Part shown: positions 8,794 to 18,082 of the stretch, piece by piece | How positions within the stretch are numbered: position 1 is the stretch's first letter | Layout of the letters: the number at the start of each line of letters is the position of its first letter | Origin: a virus | Lineage: Duplodnaviria > Caudoviricetes | Length of the DNA stretch: 54,079 nt | IMG/VR virus record: IMGVR_UViG_3300032254_000258 | Span: 1 to 54,079 of that record | Reading direction: 5' to 3' (one strand) | Notes under the pieces: model-generated | Databases searched by the model: none | What the model was told of the DNA's origin: nothing | What the model saw: only the letters and a program-made list of their open reading frames with translations | Position numbers and translations under genes: made by a program

Positions 8794-10926
8794 TTACATA
8801 CCCCTCCGACCCATAGCCACGGCGCGGGCAATGTCCGCCGAGACCTGGGTGCGCGACTGGCGGAAGCTCTCGGCGTCGCGGGTCTGGATGTTGATGGTGA
8901 TGTTCTGCGAACCACCTTTGCCGTATTGCGTCGCCTCGCGCCGGTTCAGCACCCGTTCACCCTTTTGCAGAATGGCGGGAACTTCGTCTGGCCGCAGACC
9001 GGCCCAGCCACCGGAATGCATGCGCGGCGCACCGACAAAAGCCATAGCTGGCACCATGCGCTGCGGCGCAGCGCTCCCGACCATGCCGCCCGCATGCAGC
9101 ACCGGTGCAAAGATGCCACCCAGATTACCCAGCGCACCCGACAGAACATTTGCCAGCGGGCCGAGGATGAATTTCCGGGCCGAGAGTTTCGCCATTTCAG
9201 CAAGGATCGACGACACCAATGAGCTGAAATCCAGCTTGCCGGTTTTGACGAACTGGCCGATGGCAGATTCTGCGCTTGAGAATGCACCGCTCAGCGCGTC
9301 ACCGATGCCTTTACCTATATCCTTCGCCTTGGTGGCATAGTCCTTCAGCGATTCCGCAGCCGCCTCCCACGCTGATTTGGCAATCACGGCTGCTTTGCCC
9401 GACGCGCCACCCGATTTGGTGATGTTTGTCGCAAGGCGCGAAGCTGCATCACTTGCCCGGTCCAGAGCATCCTTTCCATCCCCGGCACCTGACTTCATGG
9501 CGTCGCGCAGCGCCTGCATCGATTTGAGCGGCCGGGTGATGTTGCCCGCAAGAATATCCGCCTGATCGCCGAGATTACCGGCGTAAAACCGGTATTCCTC
9601 GGCGGTGCCGCGCAACTCATCCACGGCCTGACCCGCCATGCCTGCATCGAACGCCAGTGAATTCGCCAGTCCGGTCATGCCGGGGATCTTGAAGGCAGCG
9701 CCGGAAATAGCCTTCAGGAAACGCGCCCATTTGTCCTGCATGGCCGCCAGCGCATCAAACCAGCTGGCTTTCAGGCTGTTGGAAACCGAGCGCATGCGCA
9801 GAACAATGCTCCAGGCTCCGTCCCCGATCCGCTCCCAGACCTCGACCGCCACATCTTTGAGGAGGCCCATTGCCTTGCCAAAGCCGCCCGCGCCGCCGAC
9901 CAGCCGCCCGAACCAGTAAATCAGCTCACCCGCCCCGACGATCAAAGCCCCGATACCGGTACGGATCAGCGCACCGCGCAGGGCGACAAGCGAGATCGAC
10001 ACGCCGCGGATGCCGAGCGCGGCGCTGGCCAGCGAAATTACCAGTCGTCCACCCAGCACGGCGGCGAAGGTGGCGGCAATGGTGGCGATCTCGCCTATAT
10101 GGTTGAACAAACTCTTGATGGCGCGCCCGAGTGGGCCAGTGGTCTTGCCGATGGCCGCCATGGCATTGGCCATCGCTTCCAGTGCCGGAGCTGCTGCTAC
10201 CGCCAGCTGGTTGGCGATGCCGCGCCACAGCAATCCCATGCGCGACAGTGCGTCATTGGTGCGCTGGATCTGCGCGGCGTCGCTTTCCGATACTGCCACC
10301 CCGAAATCCCGCACGTCTTGCGAGGCCTGACGCAATGTCGCGCTGTCGATGCGCGTAAAGATCAGGCCGGCGCGGGCACCGAATATCTGCGAGGCCACAG
10401 CGGCCTGCTGCGCGCTCGGGATGAACTTCGCGATCGCATCCTGAATGGCGGACATCTTCTGATCGATCGGAAGCTTGGCAAGGTCAGCCGCCGAAAGGTT
10501 CAGCTGCTGCAAGGCCTTGACCGCCGGGCCCGTTCCCTGCGCCGCCTGGCTGAGGCTCTTGGTCATCATGATCGTGGCTTGGGAAACTTCACCCTGAGAT
10601 ACACCCGCAAGATCGGCGGCGCGGGCCAGCACCTGCATGCTGGCGGTCGTGGTGCGCAGCGAGGCCGCCAGCTTGGCCTGCTCGTCGATGGTCTGCAAGC
10701 CGGATCGCACCATGGCAATGCCTGCCGCCACTGCTGCGGCTGCCATGATACCGGCGGCAATCTTGGCGCGCCGTGCAAACCGGGCCAGCTTTGCATTGGC
10801 AATCTCGGCCTCGCGCGACACTTTGCGAAACCCGCGCTGACCCGCTTTGCCAATACCCTCGAACTCGGCTTTGACCCTGTCACCGCCAACAGCCGCCAGG
10901 CGGACAGATACCCTTTTTTCAGCCAT
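8794..10926 (-). CDS. Tail tape measure protein
   Basis: Ala-rich helical 710 aa; lambda-type C-terminus (FVKTGKLDF, H.GG, DEVPAILQKGERVL). Confidence 0.9.
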   Translation of the reverse strand: MAEKRVSVRLAAVGGDRVKAEFEGIGKAGQRGFRKVSREAEIANAKLARFARRAKIAAGIMAAAAVAAGIAMVRSGLQTIDEQAKLAASLRTTTASMQVLARAADLAGVSQGEVSQATIMMTKSLSQAAQGTGPAVKALQQLNLSAADLAKLPIDQKMSAIQDAIAKFIPSAQQAAVASQIFGARAGLIFTRIDSATLRQASQDVRDFGVAVSESDAAQIQRTNDALSRMGLLWRGIANQLAVAAAPALEAMANAMAAIGKTTGPLGRAIKSLFNHIGEIATIAATFAAVLGGRLVISLASAALGIRGVSISLVALRGALIRTGIGALIVGAGELIYWFGRLVGGAGGFGKAMGLLKDVAVEVWERIGDGAWSIVLRMRSVSNSLKASWFDALAAMQDKWARFLKAISGAAFKIPGMTGLANSLAFDAGMAGQAVDELRGTAEEYRFYAGNLGDQADILAGNITRPLKSMQALRDAMKSGAGDGKDALDRASDAASRLATNITKSGGASGKAAVIAKSAWEAAAESLKDYATKAKDIGKGIGDALSGAFSSAESAIGQFVKTGKLDFSSLVSSILAEMAKLSARKFILGPLANVLSGALGNLGGIFAPVLHAGGMVGSAAPQRMVPAMAFVGAPRMHSGGWAGLRPDEVPAILQKGERVLNRREATQYGKGGSQNITINIQTRDAESFRQSRTQVSADIARAVAMGRRGM

Positions 10927-11125
10927 CGCTCATTTCTCTTTGCTCATTCAGCGCCCTGACCATCACCGCTTCGATCAAAGGCAGGATTTCCGCAACCGGC
11001 GCGGGATCGATCCCGAGGGCCGATGCCATGGCCAGCGCCGCGCCGAAGTCCCAGCCGACAATCGTGCCCGCAGCCGTGATGCGCATCTGGCCGCCAAGGC
11101 GGGTGACCAGATCCCAGATCTGCAT
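10919..11125 (-). CDS. Tail assembly chaperone C-terminal (T-like) ORF, probably expressed by -1 frameshift
   Basis: Lies between chaperone and tape measure genes; its frame stays open upstream to the slippery site at 11242-11248. Confidence 0.7.
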   Translation of the reverse strand: MQIWDLVTRLGGQMRITAAGTIVGWDFGAALAMASALGIDPAPVAEILPLIEAVMVRALNEQREMSDG

Positions 11126-11148
11126 GCCTTCATAAGTTCTTGGCCGGT

Positions 11149-11586
11149 TCAGGATTTGCGGGCAGGTTGGGCAGATGCCTTCACAGGCATCGCAATATCC
11201 ACCGCCCCCGCCGAAGGACCACTCGGCAAGGGCGATGAGACGTTTTTTTCCTGATCCAGCAGCAGACCGCCCGCGACGTAGTCTGTCTGGAAGGCCTCGA
11301 AGAGCGGCCAGACATCCAGCAGCGCGTCGATGCCCTCCGGGGTGACAGTGACCGGCTTGCTATCCGCATCACCCACACCTTCCCAATCCGTGATGGCGAT
11401 GCGGGCCAGCGCTTTGGCAAACACCAGCGCGCTTTCCTCATCACCCACGTCCTCCGGCAGGTCGGCAATCGCCGGATCACTCCTTGCCGCCACCATTAGC
11501 GCGGTGGTCAGCGGCAGCAGGCAAATGCGCACGTCATGGCCAAGATCCAGCCAAGCGGGTTCGTTTTTAAGATCGAGACGTATCAT
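11149..11586 (-). CDS. Tail assembly chaperone (G-like)
   Basis: Between tail tube and tape measure genes; I.DWEGVGD motif; GAGG RBS before ATG 11586. Confidence 0.75.
   Translation of the reverse strand: MIRLDLKNEPAWLDLGHDVRICLLPLTTALMVAARSDPAIADLPEDVGDEESALVFAKALARIAITDWEGVGDADSKPVTVTPEGIDALLDVWPLFEAFQTDYVAGGLLLDQEKNVSSPLPSGPSAGAVDIAMPVKASAQPARKS
11242..11248 (-). other. Programmed -1 ribosomal frameshift site A AAA AAC
   Basis: GAA AAA AAC in frame 0; the -1 frame is stop-free into ORF 10919..11125. Confidence 0.75.
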
Positions 11587-11594
11587 GTTGTTCC

Positions 11595-12533
11595 TCAATA
11601 GGTTGCGATGTCGTTGACAAGGGTGATGGTGCACATCTGCCCGGCGGTGGCATCAAAGGCCGCCTGCCAGTCAAAACTGGCCTGCACGCCCTGGGGTCCC
11701 TGGATTTCGATGCGCGGACGGGGCAGATAAACGGCGTGGGCGGTGAAGGTGAGGCTTTCGCCGCTGCCGAGACTGTAAGCAAACTCCAACTCGGCGGGCG
11801 TGCCGTTCATCGCCTGGGTCATCAAAACCTGATCGGCAAAGCGCACATCCATCTTGCCGGTCAGCGCGGCAATGGACGGGTCGGCCCCGTCGATGCGCCC
11901 GTCCGAGCGGATGGTTTCGATCCGGTCGAGATTGTTGGCGTACTGGATGTCGGCGGAAACGATATTGCCGAGGCTGTTGCCATTGCGCCTGATCGAGCCG
12001 TTGAAATGTCCGAACCGTTGCAGGTTCCAGCCGGTGGTTGTTCCGGCGGCGGACGATGTCGCAATTGCCTCGCCTTGCGCGATCAGCTTGGCGGTGGCGG
12101 TTAGAAGTCCCGAGCGCTGCATTTGCCATGAAAGCTGATCGAGCACACATCCGGTATACATCGCAAAGCGCGGCACTTCGGGCATTGCCACTTCAATCGC
12201 CATGCTCGGCAATGTGTAACTGCCCGATTTATATGTATGCGTTTTGGGCGTGGTGCCGGTGGTGGTGGGCGCACCAAAAGCCGCCTTCAGCCAAAAGCCC
12301 AGAGCCTCGGCATCCATCGGGATCACGACATCCCCGTCTACGGTAGTTACATCCTTTACGGGTGCCAACGGATCGCGGCCATATCCAAGCAGCTCCGAAC
12401 TAAGCAGAGGTTGCGCTGCGCCGAGCGAGGTGCTGGCAAAGGGCATTTTTGAAAAGCCGCTTGCGGGGGCTGTTCCATAGGTCGATTCAAACACAGCCGC
12501 GAGTTGCGACCGCGCGCCTTGAGCACGTGCCAT
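11595..12533 (-). CDS. Phage tail tube (major tail) protein
   Basis: MARAQGARSQL...ESTYGTAP, LLGYGRDP and GPQGVQASFDWQA motifs; position. Confidence 0.85.
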   Translation of the reverse strand: MARAQGARSQLAAVFESTYGTAPASGFSKMPFASTSLGAAQPLLSSELLGYGRDPLAPVKDVTTVDGDVVIPMDAEALGFWLKAAFGAPTTTGTTPKTHTYKSGSYTLPSMAIEVAMPEVPRFAMYTGCVLDQLSWQMQRSGLLTATAKLIAQGEAIATSSAAGTTTGWNLQRFGHFNGSIRRNGNSLGNIVSADIQYANNLDRIETIRSDGRIDGADPSIAALTGKMDVRFADQVLMTQAMNGTPAELEFAYSLGSGESLTFTAHAVYLPRPRIEIQGPQGVQASFDWQAAFDATAGQMCTITLVNDIATY

Positions 12534-12572
12534 AGTGTTTTCCTTTGTTAGGTGGAGGTCATTCCACGGGGG

Positions 12573-13004
12573 TCATCCCAGCGGGTCGGCCGTGGTGAAA
12601 GTCAAAATCACGGGAACGATGGCGGCCTTCAGTGCCTCCGCCCCTTCAACCGGCAGATCGACCGGCTGCGGGGCTTCAGACTCGACCCAGTCACATAGCC
12701 CGCCAAGGGTGCGGGCGGTTGTGATTGCTGTGGCCAATTCCGCCAGCAGTCCATCAAACGCGGCGTCGCGGGCGGCGGGTGTTTTGCCCTGCACGATCAC
12801 TTCTACCTCGGCGCGATGCTCAAAGTGGTATTGCAACGGTGACAGCGTTACCTCCGGCGTGCCGGGGTCACCGTCGCGCAGGATCAGCAGCCCGACAGTC
12901 GGGATGCGCTCGGGCAAGATTGCACCACGCAGCACGGCTGGACCGGACACGCTTTGCAGCGCCGCAAGCAGGGCTTGCAGGATGGTTTCTCGGGGTGTGG
13001 GCAT
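12573..13004 (-). CDS. Tail terminator/completion protein
   Basis: MPTPRETIL, LPERIP..GLLILRDGDPG.PEVTLSP and TLGGLCDW motifs; directly before the tail tube gene. Confidence 0.7.
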   Translation of the reverse strand: MPTPRETILQALLAALQSVSGPAVLRGAILPERIPTVGLLILRDGDPGTPEVTLSPLQYHFEHRAEVEVIVQGKTPAARDAAFDGLLAELATAITTARTLGGLCDWVESEAPQPVDLPVEGAEALKAAIVPVILTFTTADPLG

Positions 13005-13103
13005 GGGTTTATTTGCCTAAATACTCACTAAGTCGTCACCAGGAAGATCAGGTGCATGACCTTTATTTCAAAAAAAGGAATATGTATTCCGTTATGGAAA
13101 CAA

Positions 13104-14060
13104 TCACTTAACCTTCAGTAACAAACCGGAAACCGGAGATAATTCTGTAAACAGTTTCTCGGCTTTATCCATATCCATTATGAAAAATTCTCGACCCAGA
13201 GATCTTGCCCCAAATTTTTCAATGGCCAGTTTCTTGAAAAGGGTTTCTTTTTCGCCAGCGGAATCGCGATTAGGAAATTCAGCTGTTCTGATAAGACCCC
13301 AGTTGATGCTTGCCGTCTCCGGAAAACTTAAGTTCAAAGCTTTCAAACGGTTCTTGAGATCACCGCTGATCCCTATTTTGACAAGCCCTTGCCCGCGCTC
13401 CAAGTGCACGCCAGCTAGGAGCTCAGGTGATTTCTTGAATTGGGCAAGATAAAGGTGATGTGGCCTGTCATGAACTTGAAAGTTTCGATTGTCAAAACCA
13501 CCCCAAACGCCCGCTGACGGCTTCAGGAACTTTTCTATTGATTGCTCAGAATTAGCATCGACCGTGGTAGATGGTTCACCAAACACGTTTGTCTGGGTGA
13601 ACGGCACATTTTCTAAGAGCCATTGGGCTTCATCTGGAACAAGCCAAGTCCCAAATCGTGCTATGTACCGGCCATTTGAGGGATCATAACTCCGAGGAAA
13701 AACTTGTTTTACGTCCAGATGGCGTGTTGTGCGCCATGCACGTCGCACAGGCATTGCAAATCGCCATTTCTCGTGTCGACCCAGATCAATATTACGCTGT
13801 TTGGCGGTACCCGACATCTTATCCCAGGAGTCTATGGGCGTTCGTTCTATTTCAAGGACGCCAAGTAGGTGGTGTACGAGCTTTTTGTCGGTTTCGGGAC
13901 TTGCTGCACCGTATATGCAAACAAGTTGTCGTTCGCCAATTTGCCCAATTAGACGTTCTCGGTCCCGCTTGTCGGTAAACCCCAGAATGCCTTCCTCTTC
14001 GGGGGAAAATCCCCAAAACCCTGTAAGCCAAACTGGCGATTTTGAATCGATAATCTTCAT
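13104..14060 (-). CDS. GIY-YIG (T5orf172-like) nuclease-domain protein; low-GC moron
   Basis: C-terminal HLYL...VKIGISGDLKNRL..LN...E...GREFF; AT-rich sequence and flanks. Confidence 0.7.
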   Translation of the reverse strand: MKIIDSKSPVWLTGFWGFSPEEEGILGFTDKRDRERLIGQIGERQLVCIYGAASPETDKKLVHHLLGVLEIERTPIDSWDKMSGTAKQRNIDLGRHEKWRFAMPVRRAWRTTRHLDVKQVFPRSYDPSNGRYIARFGTWLVPDEAQWLLENVPFTQTNVFGEPSTTVDANSEQSIEKFLKPSAGVWGGFDNRNFQVHDRPHHLYLAQFKKSPELLAGVHLERGQGLVKIGISGDLKNRLKALNLSFPETASINWGLIRTAEFPNRDSAGEKETLFKKLAIEKFGARSLGREFFIMDMDKAEKLFTELSPVSGLLLKVK

Positions 14061-14105
14061 ATCAAAGGAATTCTCGCAATTTTTTCAATGAGTGAAATGG
14101 CGTAA

Positions 14106-14438
14106 TCATTGTTCGTTCCTGCGCATTCTCACCAACTTTGTCGGCAGATCACTCCTGCCGTGAAGAAAATCCACGATAATCACGCTGGCCTCGTCCTCGA
14201 CAAACACGATGAAATGCTGACCCGAACGGGAAAAGCGCAGATCCTCCTTCATATCAGGGTCAATGATCGCCCGGCAGCTCTGCGAGGGCACACTGCCCGA
14301 TGCAATTCCGGAACAGCGCGAGATCAGATCCTCCTCATAGGCCTGTGCCTGACGCGGCCCGAAAGTTTCGATCGTCCACAGGGCGATATCAATTAGAGTC
14401 GCCTCGGCCTGACGGGTCAGACGCCAGGGTTTGGGCAT
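14106..14438 (-). CDS. parE: ParE/RelE family toxin
   Basis: WRLTRQAEATLIDIALWTIETFG..QA..Y and IIVDFLHGRSDL motifs. Confidence 0.88.
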   Translation of the reverse strand: MPKPWRLTRQAEATLIDIALWTIETFGPRQAQAYEEDLISRCSGIASGSVPSQSCRAIIDPDMKEDLRFSRSGQHFIVFVEDEASVIIVDFLHGRSDLPTKLVRMRRNEQ

Positions 14439-14695
14439 CAGGCCTTGCCACGCGCCGCAGCAAAGGCGCGGCGGATGGCATCCTCGCCTCTCCCCTCGGC
14501 CAGATCACCAGCCTTGGCCTGCGCCAATCCGGCCGAGAGCTGGTTGCGCAGGGCATTGATTTCATTTTCCTCGCGCTCCAGAAGGCGTAAACCGGCGCGC
14601 ATGGCTTCACTGGCATTCTGGTAGCGGCCAGTCTCGACCAAGCGGTCGACCAGGCTGGATTGCGTGTCTGTTAGAACGACGTTTCGTGTGGCCAT
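14438..14695 (-). CDS. parD: ParD family antitoxin (RHH)
   Basis: LVETGRYQNASEAMRAGLRLLE motif; TGATG-coupled to the toxin. Confidence 0.9.
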   Translation of the reverse strand: MATRNVVLTDTQSSLVDRLVETGRYQNASEAMRAGLRLLEREENEINALRNQLSAGLAQAKAGDLAEGRGEDAIRRAFAAARGKA

Positions 14696-14710
14696 AAGGT
14701 ATCCTTTCGT

Positions 14711-14735
14711 GTCATTGGCAATATATGCCAATGAC
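14711..14735. promoter_or_regulatory. Putative parDE operator
   Basis: Perfect inverted repeat GTCATTGGCA-N5-TGCCAATGAC just upstream of the parD start. Confidence 0.65.
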
Positions 14736-14774
14736 GGGCGGATGTCCATACTGCCGAAATTTCCCGAGTGTGGT

Positions 14775-15404
14775 TCACGCTTGATCCACCCAATTCGCCA
14801 CAATCAACCCTGGTACGGATCCTGCCACCTTCTCCGCATCCCGCGCTAAATCCAGCCGTTTGCGCAGTTTGACCTGCGGCACCAGCAGGAAGATCGGCGC
14901 ACTGACCTGTCCGCGTCCGGTTTTGGAGCGTGAGGCCATCGCTGTCCCCCGCGTATTGATCCGCGCCTTTTCGGCAACCAACAAACTCGGCCCGCCTCTC
15001 CGATAAATGAACCGCAACCGCATGCCGCGACGCTGCTCCCATTCCCCCGGTGTCAGGCGTGCGCCGCCACGACCCTTACCGGCGGCTTCCGTGGGGATGG
15101 CCAGATAGAAGCCGTTCTTTGAGCGGATCAGCACGCCCTTGTCATGGGCGTGGATGATCTTCGGGGCCTTCGACCAGATGAAGGCAGCCGCATCCAGACT
15201 TTCACCCCGTTCAGGATATGTCTTGTTGCGGATGCTGCGGGCCAGCCGTTGCCCGAGACCGGCGCCGGTAATTTGGCCGCGCCAGTCGGCCTTCAGATCG
15301 CTGCCTGCCTGGCGCATGGCGGCCGTGACCGCCTTTTCACCTGCCAGAGCTTCCGCCTGCAACATCGCAGCGATGTCGGGGTTGATGTCGAGTTTCAACC
15401 TCAT
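14775..15404 (-). CDS. DUF6441-like neck/tail completion protein
   Basis: LK..WRGQI..AGLG.RLA.SIR and PIFLLVPQVKL.KRLD motifs; position after the head-tail joining gene. Confidence 0.7.
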   Translation of the reverse strand: MRLKLDINPDIAAMLQAEALAGEKAVTAAMRQAGSDLKADWRGQITGAGLGQRLARSIRNKTYPERGESLDAAAFIWSKAPKIIHAHDKGVLIRSKNGFYLAIPTEAAGKGRGGARLTPGEWEQRRGMRLRFIYRRGGPSLLVAEKARINTRGTAMASRSKTGRGQVSAPIFLLVPQVKLRKRLDLARDAEKVAGSVPGLIVANWVDQA

Positions 15405-15712
15405 ACCGGATGTACATCAATGGTCCAGATCAATCGTTCCGCATCGCGCATGGGCTCACCCTGAATAAGTAATGCCTCATCATTGATTTCCAGCCGGTCG
15501 CCGGGACGCGGGGTGGCCACCTCGCTCACCCGCAAATCGAACCGCTGAGTTTCCGACCAGAGTTTTGCCTCGCCAAAGCCGGTAATGCTGTCGGCACGGC
15601 GCGCCACCACGCGAACGAGGACGGGCGAACCGCCCTCGGCCGTGTAGATGCCGTCCATGGCGATATTATCGTCGGCAAACAACGCGTCCGTGCCAATGAC
15701 GAAGGCGTTCAT
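15401..15712 (-). CDS. Head-tail joining protein (lambda FII-like)
   Basis: ATG overlaps the capsid stop; DLRVSEV..PRPGD motif. Confidence 0.7.
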   Translation of the reverse strand: MNAFVIGTDALFADDNIAMDGIYTAEGGSPVLVRVVARRADSITGFGEAKLWSETQRFDLRVSEVATPRPGDRLEINDEALLIQGEPMRDAERLIWTIDVHPV

Positions 15713-16725
15713 CAGGTCCGCCGTCCCGAGCGCAGAACCTGCGGGCGGGTGCAGATCGGCAGCGGGTTGCTTTCGATCTCGAGGCGTACCCATTCATCGC
15801 GATCGCGGTCAGGGATGGAACGCGCGTAGAGCGGAAGGCCCAGCGTGTTGACGGTCTCGAAGGTGTCTGCTGGGGCGTAGTAGATCTCGAACAGACCCTC
15901 GACACCTTCGGGATAGAAGAACGCCTTGTCGACCGGCACCCCGAAGGCGGCATTGCCGCGATAACGGCGGAAGTTGATGCCGCCAAAGCTGACCTCATCC
16001 GATACCCGGCTGCGCAGATCGGCGGCCGCGGCGGTGTTGAGGTAGGTCTCGCGCACCTCTTTGTGGGCCACCAGATCGGCAAAGAAGGCCGAGCCACATT
16101 CGGCACGCAGCTGCACGGCACCGGTGGATAGCCCACCAAGGGTGTCCTCGACGCTTTCGATCAGCGCCTGGCAGCGTTTGCGCAGCGCACCGGAGCCGGG
16201 AGAGTTGTTATCGAGATCAAAATCCACCTCGCTCGCCGGAGTGATGGCGAATTCGGTAAAGTAATCGATCACCGTGACCCCATCCTTGGGGTCCAGCACC
16301 TTGCCTTGGATGCCGTTCAGCAGGTGGTATTCGAACGTGGCCTCGGCGTCGGTGCGCAGGCGGCGCAGACGGCGGGCAACCTCGGCCTGAATTTGCTGGG
16401 TCTCAGAGTCGGTGCCAAATGCGCGGATGCCCTGAATCTCGGACGCCCAGAGCACGTCCTGCTTCTTGAACTGACGGCACACAAACGCCCGAACGTCGCG
16501 CCGCTCGGGCACCTGTTGATCGTAAGCCGAGCCGCGTTCGGAGAACGGGATCAGCGACAGAGTGCCGTCGCGGCTCTCGATAACGACGGTTCGAGAGCGC
16601 ACCCCGCGATCGGAGAACAGGCCGGAGCCCGAGAGGGTGGCGGGCTTGAAGGGGATGTTTTCCAGCGCGCGGGTGAGTTCGATGACCGAAAAGGCATCGG
16701 TCTCGAAGATATCCATGGTGGCCAT
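15712..16725 (-). CDS. Major capsid protein (lambda gpE family)
   Basis: DAFSVIELT.A, GTLSLIP...RG and C-terminal ESNPLPICTRP motifs. Confidence 0.9.
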   Translation of the reverse strand: MATMDIFETDAFSVIELTRALENIPFKPATLSGSGLFSDRGVRSRTVVIESRDGTLSLIPFSERGSAYDQQVPERRDVRAFVCRQFKKQDVLWASEIQGIRAFGTDSETQQIQAEVARRLRRLRTDAEATFEYHLLNGIQGKVLDPKDGVTVIDYFTEFAITPASEVDFDLDNNSPGSGALRKRCQALIESVEDTLGGLSTGAVQLRAECGSAFFADLVAHKEVRETYLNTAAAADLRSRVSDEVSFGGINFRRYRGNAAFGVPVDKAFFYPEGVEGLFEIYYAPADTFETVNTLGLPLYARSIPDRDRDEWVRLEIESNPLPICTRPQVLRSGRRT

Positions 16726-16748
16726 TGCGACCTCCTTTCATATTGGAA

Positions 16749-17126
16749 TTAGCGGGTGAGGATGCCAACAGCGGCGAGCGCCGTATGGGCGGCGGTGATT
16801 TCCGGTGCCGTGGGCGTGCCGGTGAATACCAGATCGTTGCTGTTGACGATGGCGGGGCCACGCAGCAGCACAACCGCATCCACATCTGCAGCGGTGGCAT
16901 CCGCCTTGCCCCAGAGCACGGCGACGGCGGTCTCGGTGCCATCGAGAGCCGCAGGATCATGAGCGGCGTATTTACCCGATGCGGTGATCTTGCCCAGCAC
17001 GGTGCCGGGTTCCAGAACCGGATTGGCGCCGCCGGTGGCGATGGTGACGACCTCGCGGCAATATTCGCGAAAAGCCTCCCAAACTAAAAAACCGCCTGCG
17101 TGGCGGGTTTCGGTCAATGTGGTCAT
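16749..17126 (-). CDS. Head decoration protein
   Basis: GTVLGKITASGKY...DP.A.DG.E.A.AVL motif; between protease and capsid genes. Confidence 0.88.
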   Translation of the reverse strand: MTTLTETRHAGGFLVWEAFREYCREVVTIATGGANPVLEPGTVLGKITASGKYAAHDPAALDGTETAVAVLWGKADATAADVDAVVLLRGPAIVNSNDLVFTGTPTAPEITAAHTALAAVGILTR

Positions 17127-17132
17127 GGTTGA

Positions 17133-18065
17133 TTATCCTTTGCGTTTGAAGGTGCGGGCGATCACATCGCCCCAGGGTTTGGCCTGCGGCGCGGGTCCCG
17201 GTTGCGGGTGGGTGGAGGAGATGTCGGGGTCATCGGCGGCGCGGGCGTCGATCAAGGCCTTGCGGATATCCTCGAGACTGGCTTCAGCGGTGAGGAACGA
17301 GGCCGCCATTTGCGGCTGACCCGCCAAGCGGCAGAGATCGACAACGGTTTTGGCATAGGTCATGGCCTCGCTGCGGATTGCGGCGGACTCAGGATCGGTG
17401 TTAGCTTTGGCCGCAGGTGCAGATTTCGGCTTGGGTTCAATCTCCACCTCGGCAGGATCATCCTTTGCCTTCACTGCCTCGATGATTTCCGGCGGTGTGT
17501 TTTGGAACCGGCTCACATCAAAGCTGGCGGCCATTTTCACCGGCGCGGCCATGGTATCGGCAAACCCCATATCAACTGCCTCGGCGGCGTCAAACCAGGT
17601 TTCCGCTGCCATCAGTTTCGCGATGTCCTTTTCTGCCTTGCCGGATTTTGCCGCATAGCCGCGCAGCAGGCTGGCACCGATCTTGTCGAGCGCCTCGGCC
17701 ATGGACCGCATGTCCGCCGCCGTGCCCATCACCATGCCGGAGGGGTCATGGATCATCAGGAAGGCGTTTTCGGGCATGATGATTTCATCCCCCGCCATGG
17801 CAATGTAGGAGGCGGCCGACGCTGCAATGCCATCGATGGAAACGGTGACCGTGCCCGCGTGGCGTTGCAGGGCATTGTAGATCGCCACTGCATCGAACAC
17901 CGAACCGCCCGGGCTGTTGAGCCGCAGGGTCAGCGGGGCCTTGTCGGGCAGCTTGCCAAGGTAGGCGAGAAACGCCTTGGCTGAGACGCCATAGGCACCG
18001 ATTTCGTCATAGATCGAGATCTCTGCGCCCTCGTTCAGGGCGCAGATCGAATACCAGTTTTTCAT
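17133..18065 (-). CDS. ClpP-like head maturation protease with C-terminal scaffold region
   Basis: IYDEIG, LNSPGGSVF, DGIAASAAS, MIHDP and ETWF.A.EA motifs. Confidence 0.92.
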   Translation of the reverse strand: MKNWYSICALNEGAEISIYDEIGAYGVSAKAFLAYLGKLPDKAPLTLRLNSPGGSVFDAVAIYNALQRHAGTVTVSIDGIAASAASYIAMAGDEIIMPENAFLMIHDPSGMVMGTAADMRSMAEALDKIGASLLRGYAAKSGKAEKDIAKLMAAETWFDAAEAVDMGFADTMAAPVKMAASFDVSRFQNTPPEIIEAVKAKDDPAEVEIEPKPKSAPAAKANTDPESAAIRSEAMTYAKTVVDLCRLAGQPQMAASFLTAEASLEDIRKALIDARAADDPDISSTHPQPGPAPQAKPWGDVIARTFKRKG

Positions 18066-18082
18066 GGTGGTTCCTTTTTCTG

